A DNA stretch of 64,000 bases from Candidatus Eiseniibacteriota bacterium (GCA_963776245.1 CAVZLN010000003.1:256001-320000); one strand, 5' to 3'; shown: positions 13,090-22,942, counted from the stretch's first letter. Notes: generated from the letters alone by a model not told the origin. Made by a program: numbers and translations.

Positions 13090-13635
13090 TCACACGCTCA
13101 CTTCGAACAGGCGGTGTTCGACCGCCTCGAGCAGGGTCTTCACGGTGCGGTCGATGATGCGGTCGCCGATGCGCACGTACACCCCGCCCAACACCGCGGG
13201 GTCCACGCTCGAGGCGAGCTTCACGGTCTTGTGCGTGAGGCGCTCGAGCTCGGCGTGCAGGCGCCGGGTCTCCTCGTCGGTGAGGGCCACCGCGCTCACG
13301 ACCTCGGCGCGCTGGATCCCCTGCCAGCCCTCGACCAGCGTCACGTACGCGGCCACCACCTCGCGGAACATCGCCAGGCGCTTCTTGCGCAGCAGCAGGT
13401 CGACCAGCGCGCGGACATACGGCCGCACGCGCGTGCCGAGGGCCGCGCCGATCAACCGCCGCTTGTCCCCGGCGGGGACCAGCGGCGAGCGGAAGAAGCG
13501 CCCGATACGCGCGTCCCCGTCGAGGACCGCGATCACCCCGTGGAGGTCGTCGAGCGCCCCCGGGATCTCGTTCCGCTTCTGGGCCACGAGGAACAGCGCG
13601 TGGGCGTAGCGGTGCGCGATGGTCGAGTCGTTCAT
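13090..13635 (-). CDS. atpH: ATP synthase delta subunit
   Basis: IAHRYAHALF, VDPAVLGGVYVRIGDRIID; operon position. Confidence 0.96.
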   Translation of the reverse strand: MNDSTIAHRYAHALFLVAQKRNEIPGALDDLHGVIAVLDGDARIGRFFRSPLVPAGDKRRLIGAALGTRVRPYVRALVDLLLRKKRLAMFREVVAAYVTLVEGWQGIQRAEVVSAVALTDEETRRLHAELERLTHKTVKLASSVDPAVLGGVYVRIGDRIIDRTVKTLLEAVEHRLFEVSV

Positions 13636-14117
13636 TTCAGCTCGGCGACCTCGTCGATGTAGGTGCGGACCAGCCGGCGCTGATTCGCGTCATCGAGCTG
13701 GGTGCGGAGGATCTTCTCCGCGGTGAGGATCGACAGATGGGCGACCTGCTCCTTGAGCAGTTCCTTGGCCTTCTCGTGCTCGCGCGCGATCTCGTGACTG
13801 GCGCGCTCCAGCCGCGCGTCGGCCTCGGCGTGCGCCTGCTGCTTGATCTCGCCGGCGACCACCTGGCCCTCGGCGATGGCCTCCTGCATCTTCACGCGCG
13901 CCTTCGCATCGATGCCGCGCAGATCCTGTTCGTACTTCAGCCGCAGTTCCTCCGCCTCGCGCTTGGAGCGCTCGGCGGCCTCGAGGTCCCGGCGGATGCG
14001 GTCGCGCCGCTCCTCGAGCAGGTTCATCACCGGCCCCCACGCCCAGCGGCGCAGGAGGGCGACGAACAGCACGAAGCCCAGGATCTGGGTGAGTACGAGA
14101 TCGAGCTTGAGATCCAT
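13632..14117 (-). CDS. atpF: ATP synthase Fo b subunit
   Basis: N-terminal TM, AWGPVMNLLEERR, long coiled coil. Confidence 0.96.
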   Translation of the reverse strand: MDLKLDLVLTQILGFVLFVALLRRWAWGPVMNLLEERRDRIRRDLEAAERSKREAEELRLKYEQDLRGIDAKARVKMQEAIAEGQVVAGEIKQQAHAEADARLERASHEIAREHEKAKELLKEQVAHLSILTAEKILRTQLDDANQRRLVRTYIDEVAELK

Positions 14118-14212
14118 GTCACTCCCCGGGCGCGCGGACCCTCACGTCCGCCCGCGCATGGAGCGCGGGGCGGGCGCTGGACGGCACACGCCTCGTTCGT
14201 GGACGCGTGCCG

Positions 14213-14443
14213 TCAGATCTTGCCGGACAGGATGAAGACGGTCACGAACGCGTAGATCGTCAGCGCCTCGGCGAGCGCGGCGATGATGATCATGGCGAGC
14301 TGGATCTTCGCCGTCGCCTCGGGCTGACGGCCGATCGCCTGCATCGCGCCCGAGCCGATCATGCCGAGACCGAGGCCCGAGCCGATGGCCGCGATGCCGA
14401 CGCCGAGGGGAAGACCGAGACCGAGAGTCGCGTGGAAATCCAT
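14213..14443 (-). CDS. atpE: ATP synthase Fo c subunit (H+-type)
   Basis: GSGLGLG, RQPE loop, AEALTIY; AGGAGG RBS. Confidence 0.97.
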   Translation of the reverse strand: MDFHATLGLGLPLGVGIAAIGSGLGLGMIGSGAMQAIGRQPEATAKIQLAMIIIAALAEALTIYAFVTVFILSGKI

Positions 14444-14451
14444 CTCTCCTC

Positions 14452-15825
14452 CTAGTGAGCGCCCTGTGGGGCGGTGTGGCCCTCCTCGCCATGGCCGTGG
14501 TCGTCGTGCGGCAGCATGAGGAGGAAGTAGACCGTGCTGAGCGTGGTGAACACGAGCGCCTGCAGGGACGACGTGAGCAGGGCGAAGAACAGGAACGGCA
14601 GCTGGAACGGGATGCCGACCGGCGAATGGAAGGCGCTCAGCGCCATGATGCCGAGGGTGGAGAAGCCCACCAGCAGCATGTCCTCGCCGAAGATGTTGCC
14701 GAACAGACGGCAGGCCAGCGAGAGCGGCTTGGCGAGCTCGCCGATGATGTGGATGGGCAGCATGATCGGCACCAGGCCCCACTCGATCACCGAGCGCGGC
14801 GCGCCGATGAGATGGTCGATGTAGCCCTTCGGGCCCAGCTCGCGGATGCCGGTGTACTGCACGAACAGGAACACCGTCAGCGCCAGCCCGGCGGTGACGT
14901 TGATGTTCGAGGTGCCCGCCTTCATGAACGGGATGAACCCGATCCAGTTGTTGATCAGGATGTAGAGGAACAGGCTGCCGAGGAACGGCAGGTAGCGCGG
15001 GCCGTGGACCGGCCCGAGCACGCCGGTGACGAAGTCGGCGAGCGCCTCGACCACGTACTCCACCGCGTTCTGGAACGGGCCGGGCACCAGGTCGCGGCGC
15101 TTGCTCGCCACGAACGCGAGGACGCACAGCAGCACCCCCACCAGCATCGAGAAGATCACCGGCTCCCAGTGGTGCAGCGCCGCGCCCCAGGCGGTGCCAT
15201 GACCGGCGCCCGCGAGCATCAGCACGAGGTTGGGGAACTCCGGGGGCCCGGTGCCCCCGGCCTCGCCGGACGCGCCCGCTTCCGCGTGGCCCTCGGCCGC
15301 CTGCTCCACCGCCGCCGGCGCCGCCCCGTGCTCCTGGGCGCGCACCCGGTTGCTCACCGCCCACAGCGCCCCGGCCACCAGCACCGCCACCAGCGCCACC
15401 TGCCACGTGCTGGCGGTGAAGCGACGCCACGCCGGGGTCTCGACCAGCAGCGTCGAGGCCGCCTTGAGCACCAGCACCGCGAACGGGCAGCCGAAGCCCA
15501 CCATGAGCGGCACCACCGGCAGCCGGGTGAGCAGCAGCGCGCCGGCGCCGAACAGCGCCACCATGCCGAGCCCGGTCAGACCGGCGCTCCGCAGCGCCGC
15601 GCCGGTGCCGCGGTTCTCGCCGGTGATGACGATCACCAGCCGCTCGATCAGGAACAGGTTCGTCAGGCACCAGATCGCGCCGAGCGCGAGGGCGCTGCCG
15701 TAGCCGAGCCCCTGGTACGTGACGCCGGTCACGAAGGCGAGGGCGGCCACCACGAAGGTGGCCCGTCGGACGCGTGCGAGGAACTCGAGGCCCATAGGTC
15801 GTGGCGCCCGACCGTCCCCGGTCAT
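14452..15825 (-). CDS. atpB: ATP synthase Fo a subunit with N-terminal AtpI-like extension
   Basis: VPGPFQN, SLACRLFGNIFGE, LQALVFTTL; about 160 extra N-terminal residues with 4-5 TM helices; ATGA overlap with the upstream gene. Confidence 0.93.
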   Translation of the reverse strand: MTGDGRAPRPMGLEFLARVRRATFVVAALAFVTGVTYQGLGYGSALALGAIWCLTNLFLIERLVIVITGENRGTGAALRSAGLTGLGMVALFGAGALLLTRLPVVPLMVGFGCPFAVLVLKAASTLLVETPAWRRFTASTWQVALVAVLVAGALWAVSNRVRAQEHGAAPAAVEQAAEGHAEAGASGEAGGTGPPEFPNLVLMLAGAGHGTAWGAALHHWEPVIFSMLVGVLLCVLAFVASKRRDLVPGPFQNAVEYVVEALADFVTGVLGPVHGPRYLPFLGSLFLYILINNWIGFIPFMKAGTSNINVTAGLALTVFLFVQYTGIRELGPKGYIDHLIGAPRSVIEWGLVPIMLPIHIIGELAKPLSLACRLFGNIFGEDMLLVGFSTLGIMALSAFHSPVGIPFQLPFLFFALLTSSLQALVFTTLSTVYFLLMLPHDDHGHGEEGHTAPQGAH

Positions 15826-16082
15826 GGGCGCTTCTTGCGCTCCTCTTCTTCTTCTGCCGAGAGATAGAGACGGTAGATCCGGTAGATCTCGCGACCGGCG
15901 GCGACGAAACCCATCACCAGCCCGACGATCGAGCACCAGGGCGAGGACTTCAGCCACCTGTCCAGCGCGCCGCCCAGGAAGAAGCCGACGAGCGGCGAGA
16001 CGATGAGCAGCGTCGGGATGGACAGCAGCAACCCGCCGGTCCGCAGCGCAGAATACCTCTCGTCCTTCTGCGGTCCCGGCAT
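15822..16082 (-). CDS. AtpZ/AtpI family ATP synthase accessory protein
   Basis: Two TM helices with GFFLGGALDRWL..PW..GLVMGFVAA; first gene of the atp operon. Confidence 0.88.
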   Translation of the reverse strand: MPGPQKDERYSALRTGGLLLSIPTLLIVSPLVGFFLGGALDRWLKSSPWCSIVGLVMGFVAAGREIYRIYRLYLSAEEEEERKKRP

Positions 16083-16095
16083 GGCCGTGCCCCGG

Positions 16096-16111
16096 TGTGA
16101 TCTATTTCACG
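16096..16111. promoter_or_regulatory. Rex/CRP-like palindromic operator in the atp leader
   Basis: TGTGATCTATTTCACG, AT-rich, between the predicted promoter and the first start codon. Confidence 0.5.
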
Positions 16112-16159
16112 AGGCGCGTGGCAACCCACGTGTTCGCAATGGACGCCGCGAGCCGCGGG

Positions 16160-16189
16160 AATCTAGAGAAAACCACCCGCCGAGGTCAA
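16160..16189 (-). promoter_or_regulatory. Sigma-70-type promoter of the atp operon
   Basis: TTGACC-N18-TAGATT on the minus strand. Confidence 0.65.
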
Positions 16190-16240
16190 ATCGGGACTGT
16201 CATTTTACCGCCCGGGCCCTTCCTCCTATCCTGCCGCGCC

Positions 16241-16855
16241 ATGCCCGTGATTCAGCGCACCCAGGTCGAGGTCTATGTCTTCCGGCGCCGCGGCCGGCGG
16301 GTGGAGTTCCTCTGCCTGCGGCGCGCCCCGGGTCACGCGCTGCCGGGAGCCTGGCAGCCGGTGACCGGGAAGGCCCGGCCGCGCGAACGGGCGCTCGCCG
16401 CCGCCGCGCGCGAGGTGCGCGAGGAGACCGGTCTCGCCCCGCGCCGCTGGTGGGCGCTGGAGACCCTGACCGTGTACTTCGACCCGGTCGCCGACGTGGT
16501 CCACGCGCTCCCCCTGTTCGCCGCCGAGGTCGGCGCGCGCGACGGCGTGCGGCTCTCGCGCGAGCATGTGTCGAGCGCGTGGCTGGGCGCCGCCGCGGCG
16601 GGGCGGCGTTTCGTATGGGAGGCGCAGCGCGCCGGCCTCGCGGCGGTGAGGCGCGAGGTGCTGCGCGGCGGAGCGCTGGCGCGGGCGCTCGACTGCACCG
16701 CGCTCGTGAAGGCACCGCGCAGGCGCGCGGCCGCTCACCCGGATACGGGGCCGAGGGGCGTCCGGAGGGGCGATTCCGGCGGAGCGGATTCATCGCCCCG
16801 GAGGACGCCCCTCGGCGCCGCGACCACCCGACGACCCCGCAAGTCCCGATCGTAA
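16241..16855 (+). CDS. NUDIX hydrolase (NudB-like)
   Basis: WQPVTGK...AAAREVREETGL Nudix box; LSREH; TATCCT 8 nt before the ATG. Confidence 0.85.
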   Translation: MPVIQRTQVEVYVFRRRGRRVEFLCLRRAPGHALPGAWQPVTGKARPRERALAAAAREVREETGLAPRRWWALETLTVYFDPVADVVHALPLFAAEVGARDGVRLSREHVSSAWLGAAAAGRRFVWEAQRAGLAAVRREVLRGGALARALDCTALVKAPRRRAAAHPDTGPRGVRRGDSGGADSSPRRTPLGAATTRRPRKSRS

Positions 16856-16866
16856 GGAGGAGTCCG

Positions 16867-17373
16867 TTGGCCAGCACCAGCTCGTTCGACGTCACCACCG
16901 GCGTGGACTACATGGAGGTCACCAACGCCGTGGACCAGGCCACCAAGGAGATCACCCAGCGCTACGACTTCAAGGGCGTGAAGGCCACCCTCGAGCTGAA
17001 CCAGAAGGAGAAGAAGATCGTGATGGCCGCGCCCGACGAGTTCAAGCTCAAGGCGATGTGGGACTCGCTGCAGGGCAAGATGGTGCGGCGGGGCGTGGCG
17101 CTGCAGAACCTGACGCCCGGCAAGGTGGAGCCCGCCGCGGGCTCGACCGTGCGCCAGGAGATCGCGATCCAGGACGGCCTCACCGCCGACATGGCGCGCG
17201 CGATCGTGAAGACGCTCAAGGACGCCAAGCTCAAGAAGGTGCAGGCCGCCATCCAGGGCGACACGGTGCGCGTGTCCTCCCCCGACAAGGACGCGCTGCA
17301 GGGGGTGATCGCCATGCTCAAGCAGGGTGACTACGGCGTCGAGCTCAAGTTCGGGAATTTCCGCAGCAACTGA
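16867..17373 (+). CDS. yajQ: YajQ family cyclic-di-GMP/nucleotide-binding protein
   Basis: SFDV, NAVDQATKEITQRYDFKG, KVQAAIQGDTVRV, FGNFR; TTG start after AAGGAGG. Confidence 0.95.
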   Translation: MASTSSFDVTTGVDYMEVTNAVDQATKEITQRYDFKGVKATLELNQKEKKIVMAAPDEFKLKAMWDSLQGKMVRRGVALQNLTPGKVEPAAGSTVRQEIAIQDGLTADMARAIVKTLKDAKLKKVQAAIQGDTVRVSSPDKDALQGVIAMLKQGDYGVELKFGNFRSN

Positions 17374-17418
17374 GCGACGCGGGGGTGACGGGGCCCGAAC
17401 GGGCGCGGCCCAGCGGGC

Positions 17419-17871
17419 TCACGCGAGCAGGTGCGCGATCGCTCCCCGGCGGTAGGCGAAGATGCTCTCGAGCATCGGGCGCACGTAGAGCCGGTGCACC
17501 GGGCGCGACAGGGGATCGAGCGGCAGGGCGTATTCGATCCGGTCGCGCACGCGCGTGCCCCCGCGCTCGGGTTCGAACACGTGGCGGTGCACCCACAGCG
17601 CGTATGGGCCCTGGAGCTGCCGGTCCACGAAGTGCCTCCCGGGAGCCCACTCCTCGACACGCGTCACCCAGTGGACCGCCCGCCCGTGAAGGCGCAGCCG
17701 GTAGTCGATGATCACGCCTTCATGCATCTCGATCGGCAGCGGCGTGAGGAGGGTGAAGTGCAGGGAGGGCGGGGTGATGGCCTCGAGGTTCGCGGCGTCG
17801 GAGAAGAACGCGAACGCCTCGGCGGGGCTGGCGTGGATCCACTGTTCGGTCTCGAGCAGGTGCGTGTTCAT
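17419..17871 (-). CDS. SRPBCC family protein
   Basis: FFSDAANLEAITPP, FVDRQLQGPYALWVHRH, IFAYR. Confidence 0.9.
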   Translation of the reverse strand: MNTHLLETEQWIHASPAEAFAFFSDAANLEAITPPSLHFTLLTPLPIEMHEGVIIDYRLRLHGRAVHWVTRVEEWAPGRHFVDRQLQGPYALWVHRHVFEPERGGTRVRDRIEYALPLDPLSRPVHRLYVRPMLESIFAYRRGAIAHLLA

Positions 17872-17908
17872 GGCGTTCTCGCCGCGGGCCCGCGGCCCGG
17901 GTCCCGGC

Positions 17909-19189
17909 TCACCTCACCACCAGCACCAGCTGCCACTGGCTCGGACGCTCGCGCACGCACGTGAAGCGCTGGAACGCCTCCGGCGGGCGGAGCGCGTAGT
18001 GCTGCAGTCGCGGCTCGACGCGCAGCTGGAGCTGGTGCGAGCCGCACGGCGCCCGCATCTCGAAGGGCCGCGGCGAGCCCATGAACAGCTCCACCGAGTC
18101 GCGCGACGCCGGACGGTCCCCGAGCCACACCGAGATCCGCAGGTATTCCGGGATACGGCGGTCCGAGCGCGCCTCCACGGTGCCCTTGATGACGCACTCG
18201 CACGATTCGGCTGGCGCGGAGACCGCGGGTGGCCCCGGACGCATGGACGTGGGCACCGTGACCGGTGTCGGCGCGGACGGCCCGGCCGGACGCTCGGCCA
18301 CGGCCGCCGGCGGCGCGCTCGCCGCTCGTTCCGCGCGGAGCGCGGCGGCGATGGAATCCCGCCGCGCCGAGAGCCGGCGCGCATCGGCGGCCCGCACGGA
18401 ATCGACCCGCGCCATCGCCGCGCGCGCGGCGGCGGCGCGCGTCGTCTTCAGCGCGGCGGCGAGCGAGTCGGCGCGGGCCCGCGCCGCCCGCGCGGCGGTG
18501 GCATCCGAGCCCGGCACGCTCGCCGACGTCCCGTTCCCGCGCGTCGGCGTGCCCGGCGGCGGCGCAGGCGGCTCGGCGCGCGGCGGCGCGACGGTGGGTG
18601 GCGCGACCGCCACGGCCCGCCGCGGCACCTTCACGCCGCTCACCGGCACGATCGACTGGCCGAGCATCTCGACCGGCGCGTCCGCCGCCCCGGCCGCCGC
18701 GGGCGCGCCGGTGAAGTCGAGGTCGGCGAACACCACCGACACGCTGCGGTCGGCGAACGCATTGGCCACGGCGGCGGCGAACGCCGCGTCCGGCGCGCGC
18801 ACCCGGACCCGCGCCGGCGGCCCCACGATCTCCGCCTCGAGGCCGCCCACGCCCTTGCCTCCGGCGCGCGCGAAGGTCCAGCCGTCGCGCACCGGGGCGA
18901 GCCTCAGGGCGAGCGGCGTCTCCGCCACCTCCTTCGCGGTCGGGAGCGGCACGTAGAGCGCGTAGGCCCCCTGGCCGTCGGACACCGCGCGCGCGGTGCG
19001 CGTGCCGGACGCGGTCACGGCCACGCCGACGACCGGCCAGCCCTCGGGGCCCAGCACCCGGCCACGCACCAGCAGCGTGCGCCGCTCGTCCGCGCGCGCG
19101 TGAGCCGCGGCGGAGACGAGCAGCAGGATCATGAGGAAGTGGAACGATCGAGGGCGCATGAGGGTGGGGTTGGGGTTCGCCGGCATCAT
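17909..19189 (-). CDS. Exported hypothetical protein (carboxypeptidase-regulatory-like N-domain, Ala/Pro linker, Cys-containing C-domain)
   Basis: Signal peptide; VRGRVLGPEGWPVVGVAVT..SDGQGAY; ATGA overlap with the Kef gene. Confidence 0.6.
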   Translation of the reverse strand: MMPANPNPTLMRPRSFHFLMILLLVSAAAHARADERRTLLVRGRVLGPEGWPVVGVAVTASGTRTARAVSDGQGAYALYVPLPTAKEVAETPLALRLAPVRDGWTFARAGGKGVGGLEAEIVGPPARVRVRAPDAAFAAAVANAFADRSVSVVFADLDFTGAPAAAGAADAPVEMLGQSIVPVSGVKVPRRAVAVAPPTVAPPRAEPPAPPPGTPTRGNGTSASVPGSDATAARAARARADSLAAALKTTRAAAARAAMARVDSVRAADARRLSARRDSIAAALRAERAASAPPAAVAERPAGPSAPTPVTVPTSMRPGPPAVSAPAESCECVIKGTVEARSDRRIPEYLRISVWLGDRPASRDSVELFMGSPRPFEMRAPCGSHQLQLRVEPRLQHYALRPPEAFQRFTCVRERPSQWQLVLVVR

Positions 19190-21222
19190 ACCACCGGCTC
19201 GCCGTGCGGACGGAGGCGCTGGAACGCGCGGTCCATCTCGAGGTGGGTGCCGGTGAGCACCAGCGTGTCCCCGACCCGCAACATGAACGCCGGTTCGAAC
19301 GACGTGAGGGCGGCGCCCCCGCGCACTACCGCGATGGCACGCGGGCCGGTGGGACCGCCGAGGCCCAGCGACTCGAGGGTGCGTCCGACCGCGGGCGAGT
19401 GCTGCATCAGCAGGAACGTGTCGGTGGTGCCCTCGGCGAGCAGCGTGTCGAGCTGCTGGATGACGTCACCGGGGAGCTTGCGGCCGCGCAGCAGGCTGTA
19501 GCGCTCGTGGCGGAGCAGCCGGACCTGCGCGTCGAGGATGTTGGTGGGCACGTGGAACTCGCGCAGCACCGCGGTGAAGATCTCGATCGAGGTCTCGAAC
19601 TCCTCGGGGATGACCTGGTTGGCGCCCGCGGCGTGCAGCCCGTCGATCTCGGCGACGTAGCGCGTGCGCACCACGATGAAGACGTCACGCGACAGCGTGC
19701 GCGCCACGCGGCAGGCCTGGCGCGTGGCGGTCGGGTCGCTGAGCGCCACCACCAGCACCCGCGCGCGCGCGACGCCCGCCTGGCGCTGGATGTCGGGATG
19801 GGTCACGTCGCCCGCGAACGCCCGGCTGCCCTCCTGCACCGCCTCGCGCAGGGCGTCGGAGTCGAGGTCCACCACGACGTGCTTCACCCGCGTGGCCCGC
19901 AGCACCCGCGCGAGGTTGTGCCCGTTGAGCCCGAAGCCCGCGATCACCACGTGGTCGGCGAGCAGCTCGGAGCGCGGCGCGCGGTGCGCGTCGTCCGCCT
20001 CACCGTCGCGGGGCGCGCGTCGGGGCGTCCTGCCGAGACGCAGCTCGAGCGCCAGCGCCCAGTGCGGCGCGCGGTCGATGAGCAACGGCGCCGCCAGCAG
20101 CGAGAACACCGCGCCCGCGAGGAACGCCTGCCCGCCCGCCGCGCCCAGCAGGCCCGCGGCGCCCCCCGCCTGCGCGAGCACGAACGAGAACTCGCCGACC
20201 TGCGCCACCACCACCCCGGCCGCCGCCGCGACGCGCCACGGCAGGCCCGCCAGCCGCAGCGCGACCAGCGCCAGCACCGCCTTGGTCACCACCAGGCCGA
20301 CCGTGCTGGCGGCCAGCACGAGCGGCGAGGCCAGCAGCGCGCGCGGGTCGAGCGACATGCCGATGGCGATGAAGAAAACGCTCGCCAGCGCGTCACGGAA
20401 GGGCAGCACGTCGGTGGTGATGCGCGGGCGCAGATCGCTGTCGGCGAGCATCAGCCCGCCGACGAAGGCCCCGAGCGCCAGCGACACCCCGGCGAGCGAG
20501 GCCAACCACGCGCTGCCGAGCGCCACCAGCAGCACCGCGAACAGGAACGCCTCGCGCGACTTGCCGCGCGCGGCGCGCGCCAGCAGCCACGGGATCCCGC
20601 GCTGCGCGCCGCCCAGCACCGCGAGCGCCGCGGCCACCAGCGCCAGCCCGCCGAGCGCCGAGCCGAGCGAGAGCGCGGGCGCGGCGAGTGTGCCGCTCAT
20701 CCAGCGCCCGAGCAGCGGCGTGGCGAGGGCGATGGGCAGCACCAGCAGGTCCTGGAACAGGCACACGCCGGTGGCGGCGCGGCCGTGCGGAGCGTTGAGC
20801 TCGACCCGGTCGGTGAGCGTCTTGAGCACCACCGCCGTGCTCGAGATCGAGACCAGCAGGCCGAAGAACAGCGCGCGCGCCGGGTGCATGCCCCACGCGG
20901 CGAGCACCCCGAAGACCGCCGCGGTGGTGAGCGCCGCCTGCAGGGCGCCCCCGACGAGCGCGGCGCGGCCGAGGCGCTTGAGGTCGGCGAGCGAGAACTC
21001 GAGGCCGACGGTGAACAGCAGGAGCACCACGCCGATCTCGGCCATGGACTGCACCAGCCGCGCGTCGGACACCAGCCGCAGGCCGCCCGGACCGACCACG
21101 ATGCCGGTCACGATGAAGCCGATGAGTGCCGGGAGCCGCAGGCGCTGGAACAGCAGCACCACGGCGAGCGAGACGCCGGCGAGCAGCAGCAGCTCGCGAA
21201 GCACCGGGAGGTCGTGCCCCAT
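19186..21222 (-). CDS. CPA2 cation:proton antiporter (Kef-like) with TrkA-N and TrkA-C domains
   Basis: LFTVGLEFS, SSTAVVLK, LFQDL, QVGEFSFV; IAGFGLNG; VIPEEFETSIEIF. Confidence 0.93.
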   Translation of the reverse strand: MGHDLPVLRELLLLAGVSLAVVLLFQRLRLPALIGFIVTGIVVGPGGLRLVSDARLVQSMAEIGVVLLLFTVGLEFSLADLKRLGRAALVGGALQAALTTAAVFGVLAAWGMHPARALFFGLLVSISSTAVVLKTLTDRVELNAPHGRAATGVCLFQDLLVLPIALATPLLGRWMSGTLAAPALSLGSALGGLALVAAALAVLGGAQRGIPWLLARAARGKSREAFLFAVLLVALGSAWLASLAGVSLALGAFVGGLMLADSDLRPRITTDVLPFRDALASVFFIAIGMSLDPRALLASPLVLAASTVGLVVTKAVLALVALRLAGLPWRVAAAAGVVVAQVGEFSFVLAQAGGAAGLLGAAGGQAFLAGAVFSLLAAPLLIDRAPHWALALELRLGRTPRRAPRDGEADDAHRAPRSELLADHVVIAGFGLNGHNLARVLRATRVKHVVVDLDSDALREAVQEGSRAFAGDVTHPDIQRQAGVARARVLVVALSDPTATRQACRVARTLSRDVFIVVRTRYVAEIDGLHAAGANQVIPEEFETSIEIFTAVLREFHVPTNILDAQVRLLRHERYSLLRGRKLPGDVIQQLDTLLAEGTTDTFLLMQHSPAVGRTLESLGLGGPTGPRAIAVVRGGAALTSFEPAFMLRVGDTLVLTGTHLEMDRAFQRLRPHGEPVV

Positions 21223-21389
21223 GGGCGCAGCATAGAGGCTGGGGCGGGCGGCGGGCGAGCGGGCGGAGCACGCTCGCGGGCGCCGGCTCGCCCGCCGGGT
21301 CGCCATCGCCCGGCAGCAAAGCGACCGGACGCTTGCGCGCCCGGCCGCTCGTCATCGCTTGGACGGCCCATGCCGCCCGCGCAATATCC

Positions 21390-22754
21390 CTATTTCGCCA
21401 GTTCCTCGTAGAGGTACGCGCAGCTCTTCGTGCCGCCGTGGAACGAGGTCAGCGAGAACTTCTCGTTGGGCGCGTGGATCTGGTCGTCGTGCAGGCCGAA
21501 GCCCATCAGGATGCTCGGCAGCCCGTGCGTCTTCTGGAACGTGGTCATCACCGGGATCGAGCCGCCCTCGCGGATCATCGCCGCCGGCTTGGTCCACGCG
21601 CGGTCGAGCGCCCGCTTGGCCTTGAGCAGCATCGGGTCGTCGTAGGCGGTGATGAACGGCGGGCCGCTGTGCATGTCGATGACCTTCACCGTCACCCCGA
21701 CCGGGGTCACGCGCTTCACGTGGGCCACGAGCTTCGGGAACAGGTCGACGGGATCCTGCTCCGGCACCAGCCGGATGCTCACCTTGGCGGCCGCGAACGA
21801 CGGCAGCACGGTCTTCGCGCCCTCGCCGATGTAGCCGCTCCACATGCCGTTCACGTCGCAGGTCGGGCGGCACCAGATGCGCTCCATGGTGGTCCAGCCC
21901 TTCTCGCCGAACGCCACCGGGGCGCCGCTCTCGCGGATGAAGCCGGCCTCGTCGAACGGCGCCCGCTGAAGCACCTCGCGCTCCGCGGCGCTCACCTCCC
22001 GCACGTGGTCGTAGAACCCGGGCACCGGATGCGGCCGTCGGCGTCCTTGAGCGTGGCGAGGATGGTGGCGAGCGCGTTGGCGGGATTCATGACCGCGCCG
22101 CCGAACTCGCCCGAGTGCAGGTCGCGCGCCGGACCGGTGACCTCGATCTGGGTGTACATCAGCCCGCGCAGCGCGTAGCAGAGCGCCGGCTGGTCGGGGC
22201 CGAGCATGCCGGTGTCGCAGACCACGATCACGTCCGCGTCGAGCATCGCGCGATGCTGGACGAGGAACTCCTCGAGGCTCTCGCTGCCGACCTCCTCCTC
22301 GCCCTCGATCACCATCTTGAGGTTCACGGGCAGCTTGCCGTTCACCTTCAGGTGCGCCTCGATGGCGCTCAGGTGCATGTAGACCTGGCCCTTGTCGTCG
22401 CACGCGCCGCGCGCGTAGAGCTTGCCGTCGCGCAGCGTGGGCTCGAAGGGCGGAGTCGGTCCACAGCTCGAGCGGCTCCGGCGGCTGCACGTCGTAGTGC
22501 CCGTAGAGCAGCACGGTGGGCCTGCCCGGAGCGCCCAGCCACTCCGCGTACACCACCGGGTGGCCCGCGGAGGGCATCACCTCGGCGCGCGTCATGCCGA
22601 TGCGCTTGAGGTGGGCGGCGATGTGCTCGGCGCACGCCAGGCAGTCGGACTTGTGCTCGGAGCTCGCGCTCACGCTGGGGATCCGCAGTACGGCCTTGAG
22701 GTTCTCGAGGAAACGGCCCTGGTTCTCGTCGAGGTACCGGTCGAGGGCGTCCAT
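21390..22754 (-). CDS. M20 family dipeptidase; two compensating frameshifts (~22460 and ~22030)
   Basis: YGHYDVQPPEP; ARGACDDKG and EGEEEVGS in an alternate frame; EGGSIP, HAPNEKF. Confidence 0.9.
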   Translation of the reverse strand: MDALDRYLDENQGRFLENLKAVLRIPSVSASSEHKSDCLACAEHIAAHLKRIGMTRAEVMPSAGHPVVYAEWLGAPGRPTVLLYGHYDVQPPEPLELWTDSALRAHAARRQALRARRVRRQGPGLHAPERHRGAPEGERQAAREPQDGDRGRGGGRQREPRGVPRPASRDARRGRDRGLRHRHARPRPAGALLRAARADVHPDRGHRSGARPALGRVRRRGHESRQRARHHPRHAQGRRRPHPVPGFYDHVREVSAAEREVLQRAPFDEAGFIRESGAPVAFGEKGWTTMERIWCRPTCDVNGMWSGYIGEGAKTVLPSFAAAKVSIRLVPEQDPVDLFPKLVAHVKRVTPVGVTVKVIDMHSGPPFITAYDDPMLLKAKRALDRAWTKPAAMIREGGSIPVMTTFQKTHGLPSILMGFGLHDDQIHAPNEKFSLTSFHGGTKSCAYLYEELAK

Positions 22755-22942
22755 CGTCGGGACTCCGGATGGTTCGGGTGTGAGGTGGGGGGATGACGCG
22801 CGGGGACTCTAGCACAGCGGGCGCGACGGGCTCCGGCGCGCCTGCGAACGCGGATGCGACGGGCCGCCGGGTCTTGTCATGGCGCGCGCCTTCTGCCACC
22901 ATCGCGCCCGCATCCGATCACCGACCCCTCCCCACGAGGCCC

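Noticed and set aside
14213..14443. Possible Na+-translocating or N-type ATPase
   Set aside because: The c subunit has E-A-L rather than the Q...E-S/T Na+ signature, and gene order is the standard F-type.
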